A stretch of DNA of 62,937 bases from Rickettsia typhi (GTDB taxonomy: Bacteria > Pseudomonadota > Alphaproteobacteria > Rickettsiales > UBA1997), in contig CAMAWV010000003.1 in assembly GCA_945862075.1 (NCBI GenBank), positions 1 to 62,937 of the forward strand. The letters are read 5' to 3'. Made by a program: the position numbers and the translations under genes. The notes under the pieces are model-generated. The model was not told where the DNA came from. It saw only the letters and a program-made list of their open reading frames with translations, and did not search any database. Within the stretch, counting starts at the first letter, position 1; every line of letters starts with the position of its first letter. This document shows positions 19,289 to 28,855 of the stretch, piece after piece.

Positions 19289-20557
19289 TTATTTTTTTGA
19301 TATTTTTTGCAACATTATATGCACCAACAAGCCAGCAAAAACCCCAATCAACAAATCAATAGCGATAGTTAAAATAACTACTGTTAAAATTACCCACAAA
19401 GAGTTTTTTGATTCTTGATACATATGTTTGATAAGCTTAAAGTTTATCAAGTTAATGCCAATCATTATTAAAATTGCTCCTAAAATACACAAAGGTATAA
19501 AATTAATAAGATGAGCAAAAAACAACACCATCAGGAGCAAAAACAAGCCATGAAAAAAGTTTGACCAAGAGTTAGTTGCTTTATATTTAATATTAGCAGA
19601 AGATCGAACAATTTCGGTAATCATAGGCAAGCCACCAACAGCACCGCACAAAAAATTACCGCATCCGATGGCTTTTAGATCTTGTTGTAAATTGGTAGTT
19701 CTGTTTTGTGGATCGAGTTTATCAACCGCAATTGCCGAAAGCACTGTTTCTATGCTACCTACTGTATAAATTGCAAAAACCGAAATCGCAAATTCAAAAC
19801 TAAAAAACTGGTCAAAATTTGGTAATGAAAAAGCAGAAAGCAAAGAGCTAGGGATGTTAATAAATAAAGATTTAGCTGGGTTAGAAAAACTATTAAATAA
19901 ATAATGATTATTGTTGTTAATATCTAAAAAAAATGCCAGAACCGAGAAAAGGCAAATTGTTAATAAATAAACAGGAATTTTACTTAAGAAATTATGAGTA
20001 ACTTTTTTTTGCCACCATAAAATAAAAAAAATAACTGCAACACTAATAGCAAAAACTTCAATTTTCATACCTAAAAAAGCTTTCGGCAAATCTAAAATTA
20101 ACTGCACTAAACTATGTTTTGGGGGTTGATAAGCAAATATAATAAATGCTTGCTTGATAACAATAATAGCACCAATAGCCACCATCATACCACGTATTAC
20201 TTCTTCTGGAAATTTTCGCAATAAAGTTGGAAGCTTGGTAAAACCTGTAATTATTTGCAAAATGCCAGCAACAACAATTGCCCCTAAAGTTGCCTTGTAG
20301 CCAATTTGCATATCACCCTTGCCCAATCTCTCAACACAATCAAGCACAATAACAATCATACCAGCAGCGGGGCCATTAATTGCTAAAGATGCACCACTAA
20401 TTCTTGAAACCAACAAACCACCAATAATGGCAGTAATGATACCAGCTAAAATGGGAAAATTAGAGGCATTAGCAATAGCCAAACATAAGGGTAGAGCAAT
20501 AAGAGAAACCGATAATCCAGAAATAACATTTTGTTTTAAATTAGTATTGCTAGACAT
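19289..20557 (-). CDS. SulP-family inorganic anion transporter lacking a STAS domain
   Basis: GLSVSLIALPLCLAIANASNFPILAGIITAIIGG is a typical SulP N-terminus. The 422-aa protein ends within the TM region. Confidence 0.75.
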   Translation of the reverse strand: MSSNTNLKQNVISGLSVSLIALPLCLAIANASNFPILAGIITAIIGGLLVSRISGASLAINGPAAGMIVIVLDCVERLGKGDMQIGYKATLGAIVVAGILQIITGFTKLPTLLRKFPEEVIRGMMVAIGAIIVIKQAFIIFAYQPPKHSLVQLILDLPKAFLGMKIEVFAISVAVIFFILWWQKKVTHNFLSKIPVYLLTICLFSVLAFFLDINNNNHYLFNSFSNPAKSLFINIPSSLLSAFSLPNFDQFFSFEFAISVFAIYTVGSIETVLSAIAVDKLDPQNRTTNLQQDLKAIGCGNFLCGAVGGLPMITEIVRSSANIKYKATNSWSNFFHGLFLLLMVLFFAHLINFIPLCILGAILIMIGINLINFKLIKHMYQESKNSLWVILTVVILTIAIDLLIGVFAGLLVHIMLQKISKK

Positions 20558-20636
20558 ATTGATGAAAAAAAGTTATAATTTGATTAATAAAAATACTCAT
20601 ATAAATTGCTAAACTGATAGCAATAATAATAGCCAT

Positions 20637-21992
20637 TCACATAGTAAAAGGAACAACTTTATTTTGCAAATCTAATTTTGTTGGGTTTTGGTTAAAAAAA
20701 CCAGCTTTGACAATAGGGTAAATATAAAGAATATTGATAAAACTACCAATTAATAAAAAAATCAACGAAGAATAATGGTGAGTTTTCCAGTCGGCAAGTA
20801 TTATGTAGTCTTTACCAAAAGAGCCCGGCAATAGTGAAAAGCCAATAATAAAAGCACCGCAAAAAGCACTGCAAGCAATCAAATATTTAACATTTGGAGC
20901 GAGTTTTGTAGCATCTGAAGTAGAATGAACTCCGTAAATAGTTGCAAAAATTCCAGCAACATAAAATAATACAATTTTACAAAGAGAATGTGAAATAATA
21001 TACAAAGTTCCAACAGTAATTGCTAAAGGAGTTGCTAACATAAAAGAAGATAAAATATAAGATAGTTGACTTACTGTTGAATAAGCGAATCTTCTTTTTA
21101 CAACTGTTGTTTTTAAAGCTCGATAAGCAACATAAATTGCAGTAAAACCGCATAGATAAAAAATCCAGCCACCAGTAAAAAAATTATCATTGAGTTTTTT
21201 TATGTAATCTACTCCAAAAATATAAACTATAACTTTTAAAATAACAAGAGAAGCCAATTTAACTGCAGCCACAGAGTGCAGTAATCCACTTACAGGAACA
21301 GGAGCTATTGTTGATTTTATAAGCCAACGATGAAAAGGTATGATGCAATTTTTTGACAAACCAAACACCAATAAGAACAAGATTACACTAGAAATAGTGT
21401 TATTATTAAGAGATTGTAATAAGTTGTTTTTTGTAAAATCAAGATTGCCAGTATAATGATAAATCAAGTAAAAAGCTGGCACCATGAAAACTAAATCAGA
21501 GCCAAGATGAGTAAATAAATAAAGATTTTTGGCCTTAATGGCTTCTTTGCTTTTAGTTAAAATAATCAGTGGAGCAGTAAATAAAGTAAGTAAAGTAGTG
21601 AAAATAAAGGTGGTAATTAAATCGCCAGCATAACAGATGCCAAAAACTGAAAATATAGAGAGGGAAAGATAACGAAAAAAACTGTTTATTTGTTGTTTAT
21701 GTATGTTTAAAGTTGCATAAGAATAAGAGTAAAGATTGGTAACAAACCACACAATATTAACCAAAATACCAAAAAAATAAGCATAAATATCGCACATAAA
21801 TTTTAGCTTGAGAAAACCAAAATCGATAACATAAATTTGCGAACTAATTTCAAGATTATAGCTTAAAAGAAAGCTACAACTAGCAATGAAAAGAATAAAA
21901 AATAAATAGATTTTGTGATAGTTTCTTGCAAGATTACTGCTAAATATTTCTATCAGTGGTAAAAATACTAGTATAGCTAGGGTTGTATTCAT
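20637..21992 (-). CDS. Orphan proton-conducting membrane subunit (NuoL/NuoN/MnhD family)
   Basis: PFHRWLIKSTIAPVPVSGLLHSVAAVKLASLVILK and HSLCKIVLFY match the Proton_antipo_M core. It is not adjacent to other nuo/mrp genes. Confidence 0.7.
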   Translation of the reverse strand: MNTTLAILVFLPLIEIFSSNLARNYHKIYLFFILFIASCSFLLSYNLEISSQIYVIDFGFLKLKFMCDIYAYFFGILVNIVWFVTNLYSYSYATLNIHKQQINSFFRYLSLSIFSVFGICYAGDLITTFIFTTLLTLFTAPLIILTKSKEAIKAKNLYLFTHLGSDLVFMVPAFYLIYHYTGNLDFTKNNLLQSLNNNTISSVILFLLVFGLSKNCIIPFHRWLIKSTIAPVPVSGLLHSVAAVKLASLVILKVIVYIFGVDYIKKLNDNFFTGGWIFYLCGFTAIYVAYRALKTTVVKRRFAYSTVSQLSYILSSFMLATPLAITVGTLYIISHSLCKIVLFYVAGIFATIYGVHSTSDATKLAPNVKYLIACSAFCGAFIIGFSLLPGSFGKDYIILADWKTHHYSSLIFLLIGSFINILYIYPIVKAGFFNQNPTKLDLQNKVVPFTM

Positions 21993-22288
21993 GGGCTTTG
22001 ATGAAACTTTTTTAGTTGTGTTTTTATAATATTGTGTTAAACTTCTTTAAATGTCAAGAAATTTTCTTTGTTATTTAATACAAATATGAGAAAACTAATT
22101 ATTTATCTATTATTAGTAATTATAATACCCATTCCCATCTTATAAATAATCAGTATTAGATAGTCTTAATATGCAAAACATAATCTTTATTTTTTTAACG
22201 AGTTTATTTTATTCACAACAATCTTTTTTACGATAAATATTCTATTAATTTCGCAATCATGCGAATATGGTAGTGGCTTTAAAAATGC

Positions 22289-22317
22289 TTGACTAAAAAA
22301 CTTATTGGCTTTAAAAT
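22289..22317 (+). promoter_or_regulatory. Candidate promoter: TTGACT, 17-nt spacer, TAAAAT
   Basis: Read directly, about 78 nt upstream of the ATG at 22395. AT-rich context, so weak support. Confidence 0.3.
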
Positions 22318-22394
22318 TTTAAAATGTTTAAATCGTGCTTTTGTTTTGCACTTTTGTTGCATGCTGAAATTTATGTTAATTTTTTATAAACAAT

Positions 22395-23639
22395 ATGATA
22401 TTTAAAAAAATTATTCTTGGCTTGATGTGCTATATATTATTTGCCTGCGCCAAAACTAGCATCAATAATTCAGTTCAACAAGTAAAAACTAGCGAAACTT
22501 TGCAAAAATTACAATCTGTTATCGAAGCAAAAAAGCCACTAACCACAGCTCAACTTCAGCAAAATTTACAATCAACTCTTGCTTCTGCTCTTATTAATAA
22601 ATTTGATAGCCCAACTAAAATAGAAGTTTTCGTTATTACTAATCGCCAACAAAAAACTAACAATTTTGGTTGTTCTAATAACGATTTCAGCAACGATTTA
22701 CATCACCAAACAAAATATGGTTCTTGTGTGGTTTTAACTTCTGGAAGAAGAGTTGTTGGCGAAGTTACTGCTAACGAAAATACCATCAATACTAGCTTAA
22801 AAGTTTTACAGGCCAATACACTTGATAAACAACAATTTTTTGCTAAACTTCAAGAAAATCAAAACAATGCTCTTGCTACTCCTTTAATTTATGTGCATGG
22901 CTTTAATACTAAATACGAAGAGGCGGTTTTAAGAGCCGCTCAATTAGCTTACGATTTAAAATATCAAGGTCCTGTTATTGTTTTTAGTTGGCCCGCTGGT
23001 TCTACAGGCGAAGGTTTTGACGAAGTTATGCTGAAAAAAACCTATCAAATCAACAAAATAAATGCCATAGGCTCAATAAATCCGTTTATCGAATTTTTAC
23101 AAGAAATACAAAAACAAGGCATCAAAGCCAATTTTATGGTGCATTCTATGGGGCATCAAATTGTACTTACCGCACTAAATCAAATTGGGCAACAACTCCC
23201 CCAGCTAAATCCACAAAACAACAACGAAACATCTGCAAACAAAATCTTAACAACTTCTAACCAAATTATTCAAGAATTATTTTTACTAGCTCCCGATTAC
23301 GAAGCAAATTTATTTCAACAGAATTTAGCCACCATTAAACCATTAGCAAATCGCATCACTTTATATTGCTCACAAAACGATAAGGCAATTGCTGCCTCTA
23401 AAATCACTAACAATAATCAGCGACTAGGCGAATGCTTAAAAATTAACGATCCAAATCTTGATATTATCAATGTAACTAATATCGATAACAGTTTAATGGG
23501 CTTGGGGCATAGCTATTTTAAACATAAACCAGTGCTTACCGATATTTATTTAGCTTTATTGGGTTTTGAAGCTAATCATAGGCTTTTTATTAACAAAGCA
23601 AGTAGTTTAGAGCCAGAGAAATTCACTATTCGTCCATAG
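22395..23639 (+). CDS. Lipoprotein, alpha/beta hydrolase of the DUF900 type
   Basis: Lipobox LFAC. IYVHGFNTKYEEAV and nucleophile-elbow-like VHSMGHQ. Confidence 0.6.
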   Translation: MIFKKIILGLMCYILFACAKTSINNSVQQVKTSETLQKLQSVIEAKKPLTTAQLQQNLQSTLASALINKFDSPTKIEVFVITNRQQKTNNFGCSNNDFSNDLHHQTKYGSCVVLTSGRRVVGEVTANENTINTSLKVLQANTLDKQQFFAKLQENQNNALATPLIYVHGFNTKYEEAVLRAAQLAYDLKYQGPVIVFSWPAGSTGEGFDEVMLKKTYQINKINAIGSINPFIEFLQEIQKQGIKANFMVHSMGHQIVLTALNQIGQQLPQLNPQNNNETSANKILTTSNQIIQELFLLAPDYEANLFQQNLATIKPLANRITLYCSQNDKAIAASKITNNNQRLGECLKINDPNLDIINVTNIDNSLMGLGHSYFKHKPVLTDIYLALLGFEANHRLFINKASSLEPEKFTIRP

Positions 23640-23691
23640 AAAAATGGTAAAAAAGTAAAAATAATTCCCCTTAACTTTAATCTTTAAAAAT

Positions 23692-24156
23692 ATGTCAAAA
23701 TTTGAACAAAAAATTTTACAACTAGGCATAACTTTACCAGAAGCAACCTCTCCTGTTGCAAATTATGTAAGTTTTGTAAATTATCAACAACAAATAACTA
23801 TTTCTGGGCAGTTGCCAGTAGAAAATGGCAAAATAAAATTTACAGGCAAAGTTGGTTCACAAATAGCCATAGAACAAGCAAAAGAGGCTGCCACTTTATG
23901 CACTATCAATCTACTTGCTCAGCTAAAAAAAGCCTGTCAAGATAATTTAGATTTGGTTTCTCGTTGTTTGAAATTAACTATTTTTGTTAATGCTGATGCC
24001 GATTTTACTCAACATTCTGCAGTTGCCAATGGTGCTTCTGATTTAATCTGCCAAGTTTTTGGTGAAGCAGGTAAGCATGCTAGAGTAGCAGTTGGCGCCG
24101 GCTCTTTACCTTTTGGGGCTTGTGTTGAGGTTGAGGGTTTGTTTTTGATTTCTTAA
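23692..24156 (+). CDS. RidA/YjgF-family protein
   Basis: 154 aa with a YjgF-like core and C-terminal ARVAVGAGSLPFGACVEVEG. Confidence 0.8.
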   Translation: MSKFEQKILQLGITLPEATSPVANYVSFVNYQQQITISGQLPVENGKIKFTGKVGSQIAIEQAKEAATLCTINLLAQLKKACQDNLDLVSRCLKLTIFVNADADFTQHSAVANGASDLICQVFGEAGKHARVAVGAGSLPFGACVEVEGLFLIS

Positions 24157-24158
24157 AA

Positions 24159-26273
24159 ATGCACAAAATAACAATTTGTTCTTTTTATAATTTTCGTAAT
24201 GGTTGGCAAAAACTTATTTTTGTTCTGCAATGTTTATTTTTATTGTGGTTAAGCTTAAATAATGCTTATGCAAAAAAAGAGCAAGAGTTCTCTACCGATA
24301 AGCTATGGCAAAAATTTTCTAAAAGTCAAGTTGAAACAGTAAAAAAAATTAATGAAGCTTTACAAAATAAAAACTTCGATACCGCTTCGCAACTTGCTTT
24401 GCAATTGCAAAAAAACATTAAAAATCCCGAAACTAGCCTAGCTTCCGCTGTACTTGATATTGTTTTATGGAATAAATACAGTGGTAATGTTGAAAATCGC
24501 AATATTGCATTTACCGATATTTCTGGCTTTGTGTTAGATAATCCTTATTTGCCAAATATTAATCAGTTAAAACGAAATGTTGAAACATTGGCAATATCTA
24601 ATAATATAGACTACGAAATATCAAAATATTACTTTGCCATTAACCCACCTGGAACTGCCGATTCTAAAATTTTTGCCGTTGAATCTGAAATTGATTCAAT
24701 TATTCGTTCGCATCTCACCGAACAACAAAAAACTGAACAAAAATTTAACATTCAAAATCGTATAGCTCAAATCTGGATAAAAGAAGATTTTTCTTTATTG
24801 CAAGAAGAAAATTTTTTAATAAAATACAAAAATGTTCTGCACGAATCCGATTATATTGAAAGAATTGAGCGATTACTTTGGGACAACAAAATTCAAGATG
24901 CTACAAGAATTTTGAAATTTATTAACACTGAACATCAAAATCTTTTTAATGGCATTTTAAAAATTACTGAAAATCCAAAATACATAGATAACATTATTAC
25001 CAATATTCCAAGAAAATTAAGAAATAACGAATTACTTTCTTATAAAAGAATTATTTGGCTTAAATCACAAAATAAAATTGACGAACTAATTGATCTATTA
25101 ATTGATTTACCTAAAACACAAAAACCAGAAAAATGGTGGTCTTTAAGAAGGCTTTATGGCAGAGAAATGTTAAAACAAAAACAATATAAAAAATCTTATA
25201 CTATTATTAGCAATCATAACTTGCCAACATTTTCTTCGGATTTTTGGGAAGCCGAATGGACTTCTGGCTGGATAGCTCTTCGTTTTTTAAAACAACCAAA
25301 AACTTCTTTATCGCATTTTTCTGCATTACACAACAATGTTTCTATGCCAGTTACTGTTTCTAGGGCATTATATTGGCTTGGCATGGCATATGAAGAGCTA
25401 GAAGATAAAGAAAAAGCTTTAAAATTTTACAAAGAAGGCACTAATTATCCTACTTTTTTTTATGGTCAATTGGCAATTCATAAGCATCGCACCCTAGATC
25501 CTGTTGGTTCCGAAAAAGACATCATTTTACCAAAAAGTCCAGACATTACCTCTCGAGATATGCTTAAAATATCAGAATCAAGAGGGGCTCAAATTGCTTA
25601 TATTTTAGCTATGTCAGGCGATAAAGTTAATGCTACTAAAATTTTTGAATGGTTGGTTAATAATGCTCCAACAGAAGGACAAATAGCAGTAATTATCAAA
25701 ATAATCAACGAAATCGGCGACAAGCAAATTGATGCTAAAATAGCGCGTATTGCTGCTAGAAAAAATGTTTTCTTTATCAGAGAAAAATTTCAAATTGTGC
25801 AAGAGGTCTATCAAGATGAATATGCTCCCTTGGTGCATGCTATTATCAAGCAAGAAAGTGGCTTTGCCAAAATGGCAGTAAGTAAAGTTGGGGCTTTAGG
25901 TTATATGCAATTAATGCCTGGTACTGCAAAATTAGTAGCAAAAGAATTAGGTATAAAATATAATCAAAAACAACTCACTGACGATATAAAATATAATGTA
26001 AGACTCGGCTCTTTTTATATTAAAAAATTAATCGACGAATTTAACGGCTCCGAAATGCTGGCTATAGCCTCTTATAATGCAGGTCCAAATGCTACTAAAC
26101 GCTGGATTAACGAATTTTATGATCCTAGGCTTGAAAAAGATTATAACAAAATTATTGATTGGGTTGAACTTATCACCTACTCTGAAACTCGTAATTATGT
26201 GCAACGAATCATTGAAAATATGATTGTTTATAAATATTTGATGTCACGAACTAACTATGATCAGCTTCAATAA
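24159..26273 (+). CDS. slt: Soluble lytic murein transglycosylase (Slt70-like)
   Basis: Signal peptide, long helical U-domain, and an SLT catalytic domain IIKQESGF...GYMQLMPGTA...ASYNAGP. Confidence 0.85.
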   Translation: MHKITICSFYNFRNGWQKLIFVLQCLFLLWLSLNNAYAKKEQEFSTDKLWQKFSKSQVETVKKINEALQNKNFDTASQLALQLQKNIKNPETSLASAVLDIVLWNKYSGNVENRNIAFTDISGFVLDNPYLPNINQLKRNVETLAISNNIDYEISKYYFAINPPGTADSKIFAVESEIDSIIRSHLTEQQKTEQKFNIQNRIAQIWIKEDFSLLQEENFLIKYKNVLHESDYIERIERLLWDNKIQDATRILKFINTEHQNLFNGILKITENPKYIDNIITNIPRKLRNNELLSYKRIIWLKSQNKIDELIDLLIDLPKTQKPEKWWSLRRLYGREMLKQKQYKKSYTIISNHNLPTFSSDFWEAEWTSGWIALRFLKQPKTSLSHFSALHNNVSMPVTVSRALYWLGMAYEELEDKEKALKFYKEGTNYPTFFYGQLAIHKHRTLDPVGSEKDIILPKSPDITSRDMLKISESRGAQIAYILAMSGDKVNATKIFEWLVNNAPTEGQIAVIIKIINEIGDKQIDAKIARIAARKNVFFIREKFQIVQEVYQDEYAPLVHAIIKQESGFAKMAVSKVGALGYMQLMPGTAKLVAKELGIKYNQKQLTDDIKYNVRLGSFYIKKLIDEFNGSEMLAIASYNAGPNATKRWINEFYDPRLEKDYNKIIDWVELITYSETRNYVQRIIENMIVYKYLMSRTNYDQLQ

Positions 26274-26808
26274 AATTTTTAAAAATATTTGTACTTTTTT
26301 GCAATACTTATGGCAAAAAATTATTAATTTATTTTTTGGCAAAAAAAAGTCTACTATCAATAAAGCCATAATCATTTGGCAATTAAACGGCAATACTTCT
26401 AGTAACAAATTTTTTAGCAATCAAAATATTGTTAGAAGCAAGAAAATTCGCCCCTTTAAAAGAAAAGTTAGAGGTCTTGATATTGAAAATGGCGGGCTTG
26501 AAGAATCTGATAATAAAAATCAAAAACATGTCAAAGATGCTTGGGATGATAGAGCAAAAAATTTATTAAAAGTAGGGCAAGTAAGCCCAATAAGCTCAAG
26601 CAATAAAAAAGCAATGTTACTTTGGCATGCTAAACTACTAAAAATACAAAAAAATATAAAATTATTGGGCAAACAAACTATAAAAAACAATAAAAAACTC
26701 GATATACCAAAACATACTAGCTATAATTCTGATGTTAGTAAAAATACAACTTTTGCTCAAAAAATTGTCGCCAATAAAAAATCTGATAACCATAACATTA
26801 TCAGATAA
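26257..26808 (+). CDS. Hypothetical Lys/Asn-rich basic protein
   Basis: ORF only, overlapping the slt end by 17 nt. No recognisable motif. Confidence 0.35.
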   Translation: MISFNKIFKNICTFLQYLWQKIINLFFGKKKSTINKAIIIWQLNGNTSSNKFFSNQNIVRSKKIRPFKRKVRGLDIENGGLEESDNKNQKHVKDAWDDRAKNLLKVGQVSPISSSNKKAMLLWHAKLLKIQKNIKLLGKQTIKNNKKLDIPKHTSYNSDVSKNTTFAQKIVANKKSDNHNIIR

Positions 26809-26832
26809 TATTAATATTGCTATTTGTATAGA

Positions 26833-28845
26833 TTAGTTAGCTAAAATTTTAGTTATAAAATCAAGAGCAGGCAAAATTTTATCAGAATTTACACCAAAGC
26901 CCATCGCTAAATCTTTTTTACCGCCACCGCCTTTACCTTGTAAAATTTCTACAACATTGCCAATATTTTGCCCAGCATCAAAATTAGCCACCGAACTTGC
27001 TAACAAAACATTAACTTTACTATTATTTTCGATACCAAAAAAAACAATAACTGCTGGCATATGAACTTGATTTGATTTTTGATAAATACTTAAAATATTG
27101 CGTAAATCGGCAATTGAAGCATTATGAAAAGTTTGATGAATCAAATAATAATTAGCAAAATTTTGAATGTTAGTATTAACAATACTTTGTTGCCAAAGTT
27201 GTTGTTTTAGCTGGAGAATTTCTTTATCTTTTTGTTTTTGTTGCTGTAAAAAATCAATTCCAATTTGATTAGTTTTTTGCAAAACTAATGTAGTTGCTTG
27301 TTGTTGAGTATGATGAATAATATTTTCTTGATTTTCATCGATGAAAAAACTATTGTCATCAAAACCAACTTTATTTGATAAAAACTGACTTTCGGCAATT
27401 TTTGCTTCTTCAAATTGTTGTTTGATTTTTAAAGAATCAAGCAAGGCATAAAGTTTTTGCTCTTGCAATTTTAAATGTTGCAGAGCATAAAAACCAGTTT
27501 TTGCGGTAATTCTTCTGATGCCAGAAGCAATACCGTTTTCATTGATTATTTTAAATAAACCAATATTACCAGTGTTAGCAACATGGGTTCCCCCGCATAA
27601 CTCGTGCGATTGCCCCATTTGCACCACTCGAACTGTATCGGCATATTTTTCGCCAAAAAGAGCTTCGGCACCTTCTTGTTTTGCCTGCTCCAAGCTCGTT
27701 ATTTTAGTTTGCACAGGAGAATTTTGCCTGATGTAAAAATTTATTAACTCTTCTATTTGTTGCAATTCTAGATGATTTACCGCTCTGTTAAAATTAAAAT
27801 CAAAAGTGAGCTGATGCGCATCGACATTTGAACCTTTTTGAGTAATGGCATTGCCTAAAACTTGCTTTAAAGCCTTGTGTAAAAGATGAGTAGCAGAATG
27901 ATTTTGAGCTCGAAGTTGGCGATTTCTCTGATTTACCAAGGTTGTCACTTGATTTCCTACTGCAAATTTTCCAACTCCACAAGCAACTAAATGCAAAAAT
28001 AAACCACCTGCCACTTTTTTGGTTTCTTTAATATCAAGATAGCTTGATAATTTTTGATAACTAAGATTTTCTTGATAATTTTCTTGTAAAATAATGTTGC
28101 CATCATCGCCTTTCTGCCCACCAGAAGTAGCATAAAATGAAGTGTTGTCTAAAATTATGGCGATTTGTTGGGAGTTTTCTTGATTAAGATTAATATTTTC
28201 TACCAATTTATTGCCCACCAAAATTCCTAAAATTGTTGCTTTAGCAATAGTTGAAGTATGATAGCAATTTTGTGTGTTGCCAAATTGTTGTTGCAAAGCA
28301 AAAAATATAGCATCTTCAGCCTGTTCGCCACTACCTATCCAGCTATTTTTGGCTTTTTCTTTTTGTTGTTGCATGGCTTGCTCAAACTCTTGCAAATTAA
28401 CTGTAATGTTTTTTTCTTGACATATTTGCTGAGTTAAATCAAGCGGAAAACCATAAGTATCGTAAAGTTTAAAAGCAACTTCGCCTGATAATTGTTGATT
28501 GATTATTTGAGTTTCATCAAGTATTTTTAAGCCTTTTTCAAGTGTTTCTAAAAATTTTTGTTCTTCAAAAAATAAAGTGTTGGTGATGGTATCTTTTGCT
28601 CTTATTAACTCTGGATAAGCCTCGCCCATTTCGGCAATTAAAGTATCAACCAATAAATGCATTAGCGGTTTTTTTTTGCCAAAATTATAGCACTGCAACA
28701 TTGCTCTACGCATAATTCGACGTAGCACATAACCCCTACCTTCGTTGCTTGGCAAAATACCATCGGCAATTAAAAAACAAGAAGAACGAAGATGATCGGC
28801 GATAATTTTAAATTGTGGATTTATAGACAAATTGTTGGCAAGCAT
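26833..28845 (-). CDS. alaS: AlaRS-derived protein lacking the aminoacylation domain (tRNA-recognition, editing and C-Ala domains only)
   Basis: Begins MLANNLSINPQFKIIADHLRSSCFLIADGILPSNEGRGYVLRRIMRRA, which in E. coli AlaRS lies near residue 280. It keeps YDTYGFPLDLT, FYATSGGQ, HSATHLLH, CGGTH and GKGGGGKKDLAMG. I chose the ATG at 28845, just after the EamA stop. The track start at 28902 overlaps EamA. Confidence 0.85.
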   Translation of the reverse strand: MLANNLSINPQFKIIADHLRSSCFLIADGILPSNEGRGYVLRRIMRRAMLQCYNFGKKKPLMHLLVDTLIAEMGEAYPELIRAKDTITNTLFFEEQKFLETLEKGLKILDETQIINQQLSGEVAFKLYDTYGFPLDLTQQICQEKNITVNLQEFEQAMQQQKEKAKNSWIGSGEQAEDAIFFALQQQFGNTQNCYHTSTIAKATILGILVGNKLVENINLNQENSQQIAIILDNTSFYATSGGQKGDDGNIILQENYQENLSYQKLSSYLDIKETKKVAGGLFLHLVACGVGKFAVGNQVTTLVNQRNRQLRAQNHSATHLLHKALKQVLGNAITQKGSNVDAHQLTFDFNFNRAVNHLELQQIEELINFYIRQNSPVQTKITSLEQAKQEGAEALFGEKYADTVRVVQMGQSHELCGGTHVANTGNIGLFKIINENGIASGIRRITAKTGFYALQHLKLQEQKLYALLDSLKIKQQFEEAKIAESQFLSNKVGFDDNSFFIDENQENIIHHTQQQATTLVLQKTNQIGIDFLQQQKQKDKEILQLKQQLWQQSIVNTNIQNFANYYLIHQTFHNASIADLRNILSIYQKSNQVHMPAVIVFFGIENNSKVNVLLASSVANFDAGQNIGNVVEILQGKGGGGKKDLAMGFGVNSDKILPALDFITKILAN

Positions 28846-28855
28846 ATTTAACAAG

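Noticed and set aside
21993-22394. 400-bp AT-rich intergenic region considered as oriC, ncRNA or a mobile-element scar
   Set aside because: I found no DnaA-box cluster, no GC-rich structured segment and no repeats. It fits best as a divergent promoter region, with a TTGACT-17-TAAAAT candidate at 22289.
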